Source: Actinomycetes bacterium (lineage in GTDB: Bacteria > Actinomycetota > Acidimicrobiia > Acidimicrobiales > RAAP-2). Taken from it: DNA of 64,000 bases. The number at the start of each line of letters is the position of its first letter. Within the stretch, counting starts at the first letter, position 1. Made by a program: the position numbers and the translations under genes. The notes beneath the pieces were generated by a model, which saw nothing but the letters and a program-made list of their open reading frames with translations, was not told where the DNA came from and made no database searches. Where the stretch lies: positions 13,841 to 77,840 of the forward strand of contig JAJZBX010000006.1 in the NCBI GenBank assembly GCA_021846325.1, given 5' to 3'. Below are positions 25,819 to 35,681 of this stretch, piece by piece.

Positions 25819-26903
25819 GCGAACCGCTGCGCTCGCCGGGTTGGGCGGTGCGACCGAGTTTCGTCGCGCACGGCCCGACGGCGCCGGTGACGTTGCTCTT
25901 CGATGACGATGGGCTGACCCAACTAGCCGGCGTCTTTCCCGTCGCGTGGCAGACGCCGTGGCCCGAGCTGTCCGAGTTGACGCTCGCGCGCGTCGGCCGC
26001 GGCCTCGTCTTTGGCGCTACGGTCGCCGACGTTCGCTACGAGTGGCGCCGACGCGGGCTCGATGACTTCGAGGAGCTGCGCGCCGTCGTGCTCGACCACG
26101 GCGGCACGCTGAGCCTTCGACGCCGTCGGCTCGGCGTGGCGGCGACGGTCATCGTCGTGCTCGTGGCCTCGTTGGGCGGAGTGATCGCGGCCCTGCTCGC
26201 GAGCGGTCCGAACGCCGTCGTCGAGACCAGTGACGCCCGTTCGGTGAACCTGTCACTGTCGGACCTGCCGAGCGGTTGGTCGACGACCTCGGTCGGCTAC
26301 CTGTCGTACCTGGTGCCACCGAGCGGTCGCGTCATCACCTCGGCCCCGACGACGACGCCGGTGGTCGACGTGGTCACACCCGTGGTGACCAAGCAGTTCC
26401 AGCGCTGCCTCGGTGTCAGCGCGGGCAACGACCGCGTCTTCGGCGGCGCGGCCCAACTGCCCGACGTGCAGGTCACGTCGCCGATCTTTCACCTGGGGAC
26501 CCCCTACGAGACCGAGGTCGCCACGACGTCCCAGTACTACCGCACGACGGGCATGGTTCGCCGCGACGTCGCCGAGATGTCCACGAAGAACTTCGGGGCG
26601 TGCTTCGTCGCCTCCAACGCCACGATCCTGCTGTCGGAGTACGCGAGCCAGGTCATCCCGAGCGCCCGCGGGATCAACTGGAACCCCGCCACCTTCGCCA
26701 AGGGGTGGGCGCGCGGCGGCGTCGTGAGCGTCGACCTGCCGGGCGTGTCGAACCCGTACCAACTCGTCGTCGCCGTCGTGGCCGGGGGTCACTACGAAGT
26801 CACCCTGACCGCGCTGGTTCCCTCGTGGCAGGCGAGCCGCCGACTACTCGGTCAATTGGTTGGCGTGCTCAAGACCCGCGTACTTGGCGGTTCAGCGGTG
26901 TAA
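25815..26903 (+). CDS. Single-pass membrane hypothetical protein
   Basis: 362-aa ORF coupled to hemL (GTGA overlap); central TM LGVAATVIVVLVASLGGVIAALLA. Confidence 0.65.
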   Translation: MSEPLRSPGWAVRPSFVAHGPTAPVTLLFDDDGLTQLAGVFPVAWQTPWPELSELTLARVGRGLVFGATVADVRYEWRRRGLDDFEELRAVVLDHGGTLSLRRRRLGVAATVIVVLVASLGGVIAALLASGPNAVVETSDARSVNLSLSDLPSGWSTTSVGYLSYLVPPSGRVITSAPTTTPVVDVVTPVVTKQFQRCLGVSAGNDRVFGGAAQLPDVQVTSPIFHLGTPYETEVATTSQYYRTTGMVRRDVAEMSTKNFGACFVASNATILLSEYASQVIPSARGINWNPATFAKGWARGGVVSVDLPGVSNPYQLVVAVVAGGHYEVTLTALVPSWQASRRLLGQLVGVLKTRVLGGSAV

Positions 26904-26918
26904 CTCGCCCGCGCGTGG

Positions 26919-28247
26919 TCACTCGGGCTCGCCGAGCAACATCGCGTAGAGGCGCGGGGGCATCACCTCGACCAAGCGAACGAGCCCTCGATAGGCGAGC
27001 TCACCGGGTCCCCGATGGTCATTGCGCATGAGGTTGGCCATCACGGTCAGTACCTCGCGCATCACCGGCTCGACGCGCATGCCGAGACCGACGCACGCCG
27101 TGAGGATCTTGGGCTCCGAGATCAAGCGGACGAAGGCCCGCGCGACTCGGTAGTAGTCGCCGTAGGCGCCGTCGAGGCGCTCGACGTAGCTGGCGAGGTG
27201 GGTGGGATCGTCGCCGAGCAGGGCCTCGGCGACGACGCCGGCCGCCAGGCGACCGGTCTCGTAGGCGTAGGCGATGCCCTCGCCGTTGAAGGGATTGATG
27301 GACGCCCCGGCGTCGCCGACGACGATCGTGTTCGCGCCGACGAGGGGACCGCGCGCGAAGCCCATCGGGAGGCGCCCCCCGACCGGATCGCTCAGCCGCG
27401 TGGCCTCCGAGAGGCCCCACGCGTCGGCGACCTGATCGACGAAGTACTGCTGCAGCTTGGTGGTATTCACGCCCTTCCAGGCGCCATCGGTCGAGAGCAG
27501 ACCAACCCCGACGTTGACGCGGCCATCGCCGAGGGGAAATATCCAGCCGTAACCGGGGACGACTTCGCCGTGGGGATCGCGGATGTCGAGGTGGGACTCG
27601 ATCCACGGCTCGTCGTGACGCTCGCTCGCGTAGTACCCCCGCAGCGCCATCCCCATGGGCCAGGCCCGATTGCGCGTGGCCCCCAGCTCGCGCCCGAGCC
27701 GCGAGTTCTGCCCGTCGGCGATCACGACGTAGCGAGCGGTCACGTCGGCGCTGGTCCCCGTTGACTTCTCGTAGACGCGCACGCCGGCGCCGCCGCGCAG
27801 CTGGCCGGCCACGGGGCTGGTCGGCTCGAGCACGCCCGTCGCTTCGACCCCGGTCACCACCACCGCGCCGCGCTCGCGCGCTCGCTCAGCGACCAGCCCG
27901 TCGAGGTCAAAGCGGGTGATGGTGTAGCCGTAGTTGGGAAAGACGGCGTGGTCGGGCCAGTTCATCTCGAGCGACGCGCCAAAGCCGAAGGCCCGAAGCC
28001 CGTGGTAGCGGTGGCCGGCGGCGGCGACCGCCGGTTCGAGACCCATGGCGGCGAGTTGGTGCACCGATCGTGGGGTGAGTCCATCGCCACAGGTCTTCTC
28101 GCGGGGAAACTCCTTCTTCTCAACGACGCAGACCGACCAGCCGGCGTCCGCCAACCAGTAGGCGCAGGCGCTGCCACTAGGGCCGGCACCGACGATGACG
28201 ACGTCAAAGGGCGTCGTGGATGATTCGAGTTGGGAGAGGCCGGGCAC
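26919..28247 (-). CDS. menJ: Geranylgeranyl reductase family FAD oxidoreductase (MenJ-like menaquinone reductase)
   Basis: VGAGPSG, REKTCGDGLT, GYGWIFP, GDAGASINPFNGEGIAYA; divergent from nuoA. Confidence 0.75.
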   Translation of the reverse strand: MPGLSQLESSTTPFDVVIVGAGPSGSACAYWLADAGWSVCVVEKKEFPREKTCGDGLTPRSVHQLAAMGLEPAVAAAGHRYHGLRAFGFGASLEMNWPDHAVFPNYGYTITRFDLDGLVAERARERGAVVVTGVEATGVLEPTSPVAGQLRGGAGVRVYEKSTGTSADVTARYVVIADGQNSRLGRELGATRNRAWPMGMALRGYYASERHDEPWIESHLDIRDPHGEVVPGYGWIFPLGDGRVNVGVGLLSTDGAWKGVNTTKLQQYFVDQVADAWGLSEATRLSDPVGGRLPMGFARGPLVGANTIVVGDAGASINPFNGEGIAYAYETGRLAAGVVAEALLGDDPTHLASYVERLDGAYGDYYRVARAFVRLISEPKILTACVGLGMRVEPVMREVLTVMANLMRNDHRGPGELAYRGLVRLVEVMPPRLYAMLLGEPE

Positions 28248-28253
28248 GGGTCA

Positions 28254-28259
28254 AGCCTA
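28254..28259 (-). promoter_or_regulatory. -10 (TAGGCT) of leaderless menJ-like gene
   Basis: TANNNT-N6-GTG on the minus strand. Confidence 0.55.
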
Positions 28260-28307
28260 GGACCTTGGTCCCGTTGGCCCGCGTGCCGAAGGGGGGTGCG
28301 CGGTCTG

Positions 28308-28319
28308 GTAGAAATGATG
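28308..28319 (+). promoter_or_regulatory. GTAGAAATGATG motif at the nuoA start, shared with ctaE
   Basis: Identical 12-mer at 53589-53600. Confidence 0.5.
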
Positions 28320-28766
28320 AGCGTGGACCAGTACCTCCCAATACTGGGACTCCTGCTTCTCGGGGTGCTCTTCGCTTCGGGCTCGTTCGTGGCGTCGGCG
28401 CTATTGGCGCCGCGCAAGCGGCCGACCGACGCGAAGTTGGCGCCCTACGAATGTGGGATAGTCCCCGAAATCGAACCGCCGCAGCGATTCCCGATCCGCT
28501 TCTACCTCGTCGCGATGATCTTCGTGATCTTTGACATCGAGGTCGTCTTCATGTACCCCTTCGCCGTGGTGTTCCGCCAGCTCGGTACGTTCGGCCTGAT
28601 CGAGGTGCTGGCCTTTTCGCTCACGGTCTTTGGCGCGCTGCTCTTCCTGGTGAGCGAGGGTGCCCTCTCGTGGGGGCCGGTGAAGCACCTCACCGCCGGC
28701 CTGCCGGCGCGAACAAGTTCGTCGACCATCGTGCGCATCGGCGCCGAGTCCGATCAGGCGGCCTAG
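28314..28766 (+). CDS. nuoA: NADH-quinone oxidoreductase subunit A
   Basis: PYECG, FYLVAMIFVIFDIE; alternative start GTG at 28323. Confidence 0.95.
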   Translation: MMSVDQYLPILGLLLLGVLFASGSFVASALLAPRKRPTDAKLAPYECGIVPEIEPPQRFPIRFYLVAMIFVIFDIEVVFMYPFAVVFRQLGTFGLIEVLAFSLTVFGALLFLVSEGALSWGPVKHLTAGLPARTSSSTIVRIGAESDQAA

Positions 28767-28769
28767 CGC

Positions 28770-29333
28770 GTGGCCCTCGAAGATCTCCAGCACAACTTTC
28801 TCACCGGTCGAATCGAGGACCTGGTGCGTTGGGCCCGTCGCGCGTCGGTGTGGCCGGCGACCTTCGGCCTCGCGTGCTGCGCCATCGAGATGATGGCCGC
28901 CGGCGGCGCGGACTACGACCTCGCGCGCTACGGGATGGAGGTCTTTCGCAATTCGCCGCGTCAGGCTGACTTGATGATCGTCGCGGGCCGCGTTTCGCAG
29001 AAGATGGCCCCGGTGCTGCGCCAGGTGTACGACCAGATGATGGAGCCCAAGTGGGTCATCTCGATGGGGGTCTGCGCCTCGACCGGCGGACTCTTCAACA
29101 ACTACGCGATCGTCCAGGGCGTCGATCAAATTGTTCCGGTCGACGTGTACGCGCCCGGATGTCCGCCGAGTCCCGAGACGCTGATGCACGCGATCCTCAC
29201 GCTGCACGAGCAGATCCGAACCGGTGAGATTCTCCAGCGTCGCACGACGGGATCGCCCACCCACCTCGAGAACGAGCGCAGTCCTTGGACCCCGGAGGTC
29301 CCGGTGACGGTGCGGATGGGGACGCCGACGTGA
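28770..29333 (+). CDS. nuoB: NADH-quinone oxidoreductase subunit B
   Basis: [22 protein letters not shown]. Confidence 0.97.
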   Translation: MALEDLQHNFLTGRIEDLVRWARRASVWPATFGLACCAIEMMAAGGADYDLARYGMEVFRNSPRQADLMIVAGRVSQKMAPVLRQVYDQMMEPKWVISMGVCASTGGLFNNYAIVQGVDQIVPVDVYAPGCPPSPETLMHAILTLHEQIRTGEILQRRTTGSPTHLENERSPWTPEVPVTVRMGTPT

Positions 29334-29824
29334 TCGAAGTTCCCGTCGACGCGCCGGTGGGCGTGGTCACCGCCGACGCGAAGCGGTGTGACCTGGGCTG
29401 CTTCCCGACTCGTGCGCAGTACTTGGACCTCGTCGCCGCCTTTAAGGCCGACGGTTTCGAGATCTGCGCCGATCTGTGCGGCGTGGACTACCTCGAGCAC
29501 CCGAGCCGAGCCCTGCCCGAGGGCGTCGCCGCGACGCGCTTCGAGGTGGTGGTGAACCTGCTCAGCATGTCGCGACGCCAGCGGGTGCGCATCCGCGTCC
29601 AAGCCGGCGACGAGGACCCCGAGGTCGACTCTTTGTTCTCGATCTACCCGGGTACCGAGGCCATGGAGCGCGAGGCCTTCGACATGTTCGGCGTGCTCTT
29701 TCGCGGTCACCCGGACCTGACGCGCATCTTGATGCCCGAGGAGTGGGAGGGCCACCCGCTGCGCAAGGACTACGGCGTGGGACGCGTGCCCGTGCAGTTC
29801 AAGGAAGCGCCGGGTCCGCGATGA
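29330..29824 (+). CDS. nuoC: NADH-quinone oxidoreductase subunit C
   Basis: [24 protein letters not shown]. Confidence 0.95.
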   Translation: MIEVPVDAPVGVVTADAKRCDLGCFPTRAQYLDLVAAFKADGFEICADLCGVDYLEHPSRALPEGVAATRFEVVVNLLSMSRRQRVRIRVQAGDEDPEVDSLFSIYPGTEAMEREAFDMFGVLFRGHPDLTRILMPEEWEGHPLRKDYGVGRVPVQFKEAPGPR

Positions 29825-31173
29825 GTGAGCCCACCGTGCGCGCCGCCGAGCGGCTCGAGCCACTCGCCGTCGAGACATCCGAAGGGGCCCAGGAGCTCCA
29901 GCGTCGCGAGGTGACCGCCGCGACCGAGTTGGGCCGCGAAGTGGGCTCGGTCCTGCGCGTCGACGGTCACACCTTTGACCCGACGTCGGTCGACTACGAA
30001 CGTCGCGACGACGAAACGATGATCCTGAACATGGGGCCGTCGCACCCATCGACCCACGGGGTCCTGCGCATCATGCTCGAACTGGACGGCGAGTTCGTGC
30101 TGCGCGCCAAGCCGGTCATCGGCTACCTGCACACCGGCATGGAAAAGACCGGCGAGCAGTTGAGTTACGTCCAGGGTGCCACCAACGTCACGCGGATGGA
30201 CTACCTGAGCCCGGTGATCAACGAGCTGTCGTACTCGATGGCCGTGGAGGCGCTGCTCGACATCGAGGTGCCCGAGCGCGCCACCTGGATCCGCATGATG
30301 ATGTCCGAGCTCAATCGCATCTCGTCGCACCTGGTGTGGATGGCGACCAACGGGATGGATCTGGGCTCCACGTCGATGATGATCTACGGGTTCCGCGAGC
30401 GCGAGCTGGTGCTCGCCTTCTTCGAGAAGACCGCCGGCCTGCGCCTCAACCTCAACTACGTGCGCCCCGGCGGTGTCGCCGCGGACCTGCCCGACGGCTG
30501 GCGCGACGACGTCACCGTTATCTGTGACACCATCGACGAGCGCACTTACGAGTACGACCAGCTGCTCACCGGTCAGCCCATCTTTCGTGAGCGCATGGAG
30601 GGCGTTGCGCCGATCACCGCCGAGGAGGCGCTGGCACTCTCGGTCACCGGGCCGCTGCTGCGTTCGACGGGCGTGCCCTGGGACCTGCGGCGCACCATGC
30701 CCTACCTCGCCTACGACCAGGTTGACTTCGACGTGATCGTCGGCACCTACGGTGACAACTTCGATCGCTACGCCATCCGACTGAACGAGATCCGCGAGTC
30801 GATCCGGATCGTGCGCCAGTGCGTCGAGATGATGCCCGCGGGCGACTATCGCAGCCAGGATCCCAAGGTCACGCCGCCACCGCGGGCGCGCATCGGCGAA
30901 TCGATGGAGGCGCTGATTCACCACTTCAAACTCTTCACCGAGGGATTCCAGGTGCCCGAGGGTGAGGTCTACTCCGCCATCGAGTCGCCGCGCGGCGAGA
31001 TCGGGTGCTACCTCGTCGCCGACGGCGGGCCCAAGCCGTATCGCCTCCACGTGCGCGCCCCGAGCTTCGTGAACCTCCAAGCCGTGCCGCTGCTGATGCG
31101 CGGTGGTTCGATGTCCGACGCCATCACCGTGATCTCCACGGTCGACCCCATCATGGGAGAAGTAGATCGATGA
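29821..31173 (+). CDS. nuoD: NADH-quinone oxidoreductase subunit D
   Basis: NMGPSHPSTHGVLR, GYLHTG, ESPRGE, DPIMGEVDR. Confidence 0.97.
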   Translation: MSEPTVRAAERLEPLAVETSEGAQELQRREVTAATELGREVGSVLRVDGHTFDPTSVDYERRDDETMILNMGPSHPSTHGVLRIMLELDGEFVLRAKPVIGYLHTGMEKTGEQLSYVQGATNVTRMDYLSPVINELSYSMAVEALLDIEVPERATWIRMMMSELNRISSHLVWMATNGMDLGSTSMMIYGFRERELVLAFFEKTAGLRLNLNYVRPGGVAADLPDGWRDDVTVICDTIDERTYEYDQLLTGQPIFRERMEGVAPITAEEALALSVTGPLLRSTGVPWDLRRTMPYLAYDQVDFDVIVGTYGDNFDRYAIRLNEIRESIRIVRQCVEMMPAGDYRSQDPKVTPPPRARIGESMEALIHHFKLFTEGFQVPEGEVYSAIESPRGEIGCYLVADGGPKPYRLHVRAPSFVNLQAVPLLMRGGSMSDAITVISTVDPIMGEVDR

Positions 31174-31790
31174 CTCATTTACGCAGCGAACTGCGCCAGC
31201 GCGCCGAGGAGTTGATCGCGCTCTACCCCCGCCGGCGCTCGGCGATGCTGCCCCTCTTGCATCTCGCGCAGGAACAAGACGGTTACCTGAGCGACGAGGC
31301 GATGGCCGAAGTCGCCGAACTGACCGGCACCACGCCGGCCGAGGTGCGTGGCACCGCCGCCTTCTACGACATGTTCCACCTCGAGCCGGTCGGTCGGTAC
31401 GTCGTGGGGGTGTGCACGAACATCGCCTGCCTGCTCGCCGGTGGCGAGGAGTTGCTCGCCCACGCCGGTCGAACGCTCGGCTGCTCGGTCGGGGGCACCT
31501 CGCCCGACGGCCTCTTTACGCTCGAAGAGACCGAATGCCTTGCCGACTGCAACATCGCCCCGGTCGTCCAGGTCAATCACCGCTACGTCCGCACGACCAC
31601 ACCCGAGCTCTTCGACGCGCTGATCGAGGACCTGCGTCAGGGGCGCCTCGACCACGACGTACCCCCGCACGGGACCCTGATCCGCGTGCGCCGATCCGGT
31701 GGTCTGCGCGTCGAGCGCGAGGAGTTGGCGGCCGAACGGGCCGAGGCTCGCGCCGCCCGTGACGCGCGCGCCGCGACGGAGGCGAACTAG
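31170..31790 (+). CDS. nuoE: NADH-quinone oxidoreductase subunit E
   Basis: FYDMF, VCTNIAC, ECLADC (N1a cluster). Confidence 0.95.
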   Translation: MTHLRSELRQRAEELIALYPRRRSAMLPLLHLAQEQDGYLSDEAMAEVAELTGTTPAEVRGTAAFYDMFHLEPVGRYVVGVCTNIACLLAGGEELLAHAGRTLGCSVGGTSPDGLFTLEETECLADCNIAPVVQVNHRYVRTTTPELFDALIEDLRQGRLDHDVPPHGTLIRVRRSGGLRVEREELAAERAEARAARDARAATEAN

Positions 31791-33094
31791 TGGCGACCCT
31801 CGACGCTCCCCGGATCGTCACCTCGCGGGCGACGTACGCCGATTCGCACACCCTGTCGCGCTACCTGGACACGGGGGGCTACCAGGCGCTACGCCAGGCC
31901 CTGACCATGTTCCCCGAACAGGTCGCGGCGCAAGTCGACGCGGCCTCGCTACTCGGTCGAGGGGGCGCCGGCTTCCCGGCCGGTCGCAAGTGGTCGATGC
32001 TGCGCAAGTCGCCCGTCTCCTACCTCGTCGTGAACGGTGACGAGTCCGAACCGGCCACCTTCAAGGACCACTTCCTCGTCGAGCGTGACCCCCACCAGCT
32101 CGTCGAGGGCGTGATCATTGCGGCCTTCGCTTTGCAGGTCACCCAGGCCTTCATATTCCTGCGCGGCGAGTTCGCCCTGGGCCTGGAGCGAGTCCAGCAG
32201 GCGGTCAACGAGGCGTACGAACACGGTGCCCTGGGTCGGCGCATCTTTGGCTCGTCGTTCTCGCTGGACATCGTCGTGCACCCCGGCGCCGGGGCGTACA
32301 TCTGTGGCGAGGAGACCGCGCTGATTGAGGCCCTCGAGGGCAAGCGCGGTTTCCCGCGCATCAAGCCCCCCTTCTTCCCCGCGGTGACTGGTCTCTACGG
32401 CGAGCCCACGGTGGTCAACAACGTAGAGACCATGTCGAACCTGCCCTGGATCGTGCAACACGGGGGTGCGGCCTTCGCCGCCCTGGGTGCGGGTCGCTCG
32501 ACGGGCACGCGACTGTTCGCCCTCGCGGGGCGGGTGAGAAATCCGGGTGTCTTCGAGATCGAGATGGTGAAGAACACCTTTCGCGATCTCATCTTCGATC
32601 CGCGCCTCGGCGGCGGCATCATCGACGACCGTCGCGTGAAGGCGATCATCCCGGGCGGGGTTTCGGCGCCGTGGTTCGGGCCCGAGTTGCTCGACCTGCC
32701 GCTGGGCCAGGACGAGGTCGGTGAACGAGGCTCGATGCTCGGCTCGGGGTCAATCGTCGTCATGGACGAGACGTCGTGCGTCGTGCGGGCCGCCTGGCGG
32801 ATCACCAAATTCTTCTCGCGCGAATCGTGCGGTCAGTGCACGCCATGTCGCGAGGGCTCGGGCTGGCTCGAGCGCATTCTCTATCGCCTAGAGCACGGCG
32901 GCGGACGCCTCGAGGACGTTGACCTGCTGCTCGACCTGAGCGACAACATCGCCCCCGGACTCACGTGGCCGCCCCAGCAGACGACGATCTGCGTGCTCGG
33001 GTCCTCCATCCCGTCGTCGATCCACGCCGCGATCTCGATGTTCCGCGACGACTTCTACGAGCACGTCGAACACGAGGGTTGCCCCCATGACTGA
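31790..33094 (+). CDS. nuoF: NADH-quinone oxidoreductase subunit F
   Basis: GRGGAGFP, NGDESEP, GAGAYICGEETAL, CGQCTPCREG. Confidence 0.97.
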   Translation: MATLDAPRIVTSRATYADSHTLSRYLDTGGYQALRQALTMFPEQVAAQVDAASLLGRGGAGFPAGRKWSMLRKSPVSYLVVNGDESEPATFKDHFLVERDPHQLVEGVIIAAFALQVTQAFIFLRGEFALGLERVQQAVNEAYEHGALGRRIFGSSFSLDIVVHPGAGAYICGEETALIEALEGKRGFPRIKPPFFPAVTGLYGEPTVVNNVETMSNLPWIVQHGGAAFAALGAGRSTGTRLFALAGRVRNPGVFEIEMVKNTFRDLIFDPRLGGGIIDDRRVKAIIPGGVSAPWFGPELLDLPLGQDEVGERGSMLGSGSIVVMDETSCVVRAAWRITKFFSRESCGQCTPCREGSGWLERILYRLEHGGGRLEDVDLLLDLSDNIAPGLTWPPQQTTICVLGSSIPSSIHAAISMFRDDFYEHVEHEGCPHD

Positions 33095-35681
33095 CCAGAC
33101 GCGCACCACCGTATCCATCACGCTGAACGGCCGGGCCATCGAGAGCCCGGTTGGTGAGTTGCTGATTGAAGCCGCCGAGCGAGCCGGCGTCTACGTGCCG
33201 CGCTTCTGCTACCACCCACGTATGGAGCCCGTCGGCGTCTGTCGGATGTGTTTGGTCGAGGTGGACGGCCCGCGCGGCGCCACGCTGCAGCCGGCCTGCT
33301 TCATCCGCGTCAGCGACGGCATGTCGGTCAACACCGAGTCCGACAAGGTGAAGAAGGCCCAAGACGGCGTGCTCGAGTTCCTGCTGGCGAACCACCCACT
33401 CGACTGCCCCGTCTGTGACAAGGGCGGGGAGTGTCCGCTCCAGGACCAGACGCTCGTGCACGGCTCGGGCGAGACGCGCTTCGTTGAAGAGAAGCGACAC
33501 TTCGTCAAGCCGATCGAGATCGGCCCACTGGTGCTGCTGGATCGCGAGCGCTGCATCCAGTGTTCGCGCTGTACGCGATTCGCGGCCGAGGTGGCCGGCG
33601 ACGCGCAGATCGATTTCGCCGGGCGCGGTGACCTCATCGAGGTGGCGCCGTCGCCGAACCAACCCTTCGACTCAGTCTTCTCGGGCAACACGGTCCAGAT
33701 CTGCCCGGTGGGTGCACTCACCGCCAAGCCGTATCGCTTCACCGCGCGCCCGTGGGATCTCGAGCAGGTCGAGAGCACCTGCACGGCCTGCGCGGTGGGG
33801 TGTCGCATCGCCGTCCAGTCCGCCGGCAACCGGTTGACCCGGGTACTCGGGGTCGACAGCGACCCGGTCAATCACGGGTGGTTGTGCGACAAGGGTCGCT
33901 TCACGCTCGAGTCGGTGGACGGCCACGCCGACGCCGCCGATCCGCTGGACCCGCGCACGCGCATTACCGAACCGATGGTTCGTCGCGAGGGCCAACTCGT
34001 CGCCGCGACGTGGGGCGAAGCGTTGGCGGCGGCGGCGACGCTGCTGCGCGACGCCGCGGCCACGCCCGGCGGGGTCGGGGCGATTGGTGGCGCGTCACTC
34101 ACCAATGAGGGCGCCTTCGCCTGGAGCCGCTTCCTGCGCGACGTGCTGGCGAGTGAGCACGTCGACGCGCAGTACGGCGATGGCCTGGACGCGACGCTGA
34201 TCCAGGCGCTGCCTCGCGCCACCATCAGCGAGGCCGCGAGCGCCGCCACCGTTGTCACGATCACCGGTGATCTACGTGAAGAGCTGCCGGTCCTGTTCTT
34301 GCGACTGCGCGCGGGCGTGGCGTCGGGCGCCACCAACCTGGTCGAATTCGCCGCCGGACCGAGCGCGCTGCGCGACCTCGCGCGGGTGGTGCTAGCGGTT
34401 CGCCCCGGGGAGACCGCACTCGTCGCCGAAGCCCTCGCGGGTGCGAGCGCACCCCACGGGCCCCGGGTCGATGAGGCCGACCTCGCGACGGTGCGTAACC
34501 TGCTCGGCGAGTCCGGTCGCGGCGTCGTGTTCGTCGTCGGTCGAGCGAACCTCGCCGAGCACCCGGGGGTCGTCGAGACGGCGATCCTGCGTCTGGCCCG
34601 CCGGTATCCCGAGGCAACCTTCCTGCCGGCGCTTCGGCGCGGCAACGTTGCCGGGGCACTCGACATGGGACTGGCCCCGGGGCTGCGGCCCGGGCGAGGC
34701 TTCGACGCCGGAGTGAGCGGGCGCGACGCCTTGGCCCAACTCGACGCACTGGCGAGCGGTGAACAGCGCGCCCTGCTGATGCTCGGCGGCGGCCTGCTCG
34801 GCAACGTCACCGACGTCGATCACGCGATCGTCGCGCTGCAGCGCGCGGCGATCGTCGCGGTGACCGGGCACGGCGACGCGGCCCTCGCCTACGCCGACGT
34901 GGTGCTACCGGCGACCGTACAGCACGAGCGCAGCGGCACGGTGACCAACCTCGAGGGACGAGTCACCGCGGTGGCGGCGAAGCTGGCCGCTCCCGGCTCG
35001 GCGTGGTCCGACGTGGCGATTGCCTCGGAGCTGGCTGAGGAGCTTGGTCGACACCTCGGGCTCAGCTCGATCGAGGTGGCCGCCAAGACGATCGAGGAAA
35101 CGACCGGGTATCCGGCGCTGAGCGTGCTCACCGACGTCGTCGCCGAGGGCGTCGTGGTCGGCCGCGACGAACGCTTCGCGCGTCGGCCCCTGGACCCGAT
35201 GGCCATCCCGGGCATCCGATCGGCCGACTCGGTGGGTCTGGCCTCCTTCGGCGGCGACACCCTCACGCTGGATGTTTCGCGAACGGGTTCGACGGTGTCG
35301 GCGACGCTCGATGACGTGACGGTGGCCGATATCGCGATTCCCCCGTTTGACGCCTACGCCCTGAGCCTCTTCGTCGGCCGACGGCTCTACGACGGGGGTG
35401 TGGCGGTTCGCGGCTCGTCGGCGCTCGGCGAGCTCGTGTCGTCAACCACGCTCTCGCTCAATCACGTCGATCTCGACCGATTGGGCGCGGCGGTGGGTGA
35501 CCTGGTCACCGTGCGCGGACCACGCGGCACGGTCGAACTGCCCGTTGCCCTCGACGACCAGCTGGCGCGCGGCGTGGCCGGCGTCACCTTCGGCACCCTC
35601 GCCCGCGACGGTGCCAACGCGCTCGCCACGTTGATGGACCGTAACGCCGTCACCGTTCAGGTTCGATTGGAGACGCGATGA
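33087..35681 (+). CDS. nuoG: NADH-quinone oxidoreductase subunit G
   Basis: RFCYH...CRMC, HPLDCPVCDKGGEC, CIQCSRC, N7 motif CTACAVGC...LCDKG. Confidence 0.95.
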   Translation: MTDQTRTTVSITLNGRAIESPVGELLIEAAERAGVYVPRFCYHPRMEPVGVCRMCLVEVDGPRGATLQPACFIRVSDGMSVNTESDKVKKAQDGVLEFLLANHPLDCPVCDKGGECPLQDQTLVHGSGETRFVEEKRHFVKPIEIGPLVLLDRERCIQCSRCTRFAAEVAGDAQIDFAGRGDLIEVAPSPNQPFDSVFSGNTVQICPVGALTAKPYRFTARPWDLEQVESTCTACAVGCRIAVQSAGNRLTRVLGVDSDPVNHGWLCDKGRFTLESVDGHADAADPLDPRTRITEPMVRREGQLVAATWGEALAAAATLLRDAAATPGGVGAIGGASLTNEGAFAWSRFLRDVLASEHVDAQYGDGLDATLIQALPRATISEAASAATVVTITGDLREELPVLFLRLRAGVASGATNLVEFAAGPSALRDLARVVLAVRPGETALVAEALAGASAPHGPRVDEADLATVRNLLGESGRGVVFVVGRANLAEHPGVVETAILRLARRYPEATFLPALRRGNVAGALDMGLAPGLRPGRGFDAGVSGRDALAQLDALASGEQRALLMLGGGLLGNVTDVDHAIVALQRAAIVAVTGHGDAALAYADVVLPATVQHERSGTVTNLEGRVTAVAAKLAAPGSAWSDVAIASELAEELGRHLGLSSIEVAAKTIEETTGYPALSVLTDVVAEGVVVGRDERFARRPLDPMAIPGIRSADSVGLASFGGDTLTLDVSRTGSTVSATLDDVTVADIAIPPFDAYALSLFVGRRLYDGGVAVRGSSALGELVSSTTLSLNHVDLDRLGAAVGDLVTVRGPRGTVELPVALDDQLARGVAGVTFGTLARDGANALATLMDRNAVTVQVRLETR

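Noticed and set aside
28284-28295. tgccgaaggggg upstream of nuoA, matching the TIR tip
   Set aside because: Only 12 bp and GC-rich, with no further TIR similarity, partner or TSD.
19960-28320. Rex operator upstream of rex-hem or nuoA
   Set aside because: No TGTGAA-N-TTCACA-like dyad was seen in either intergenic region.
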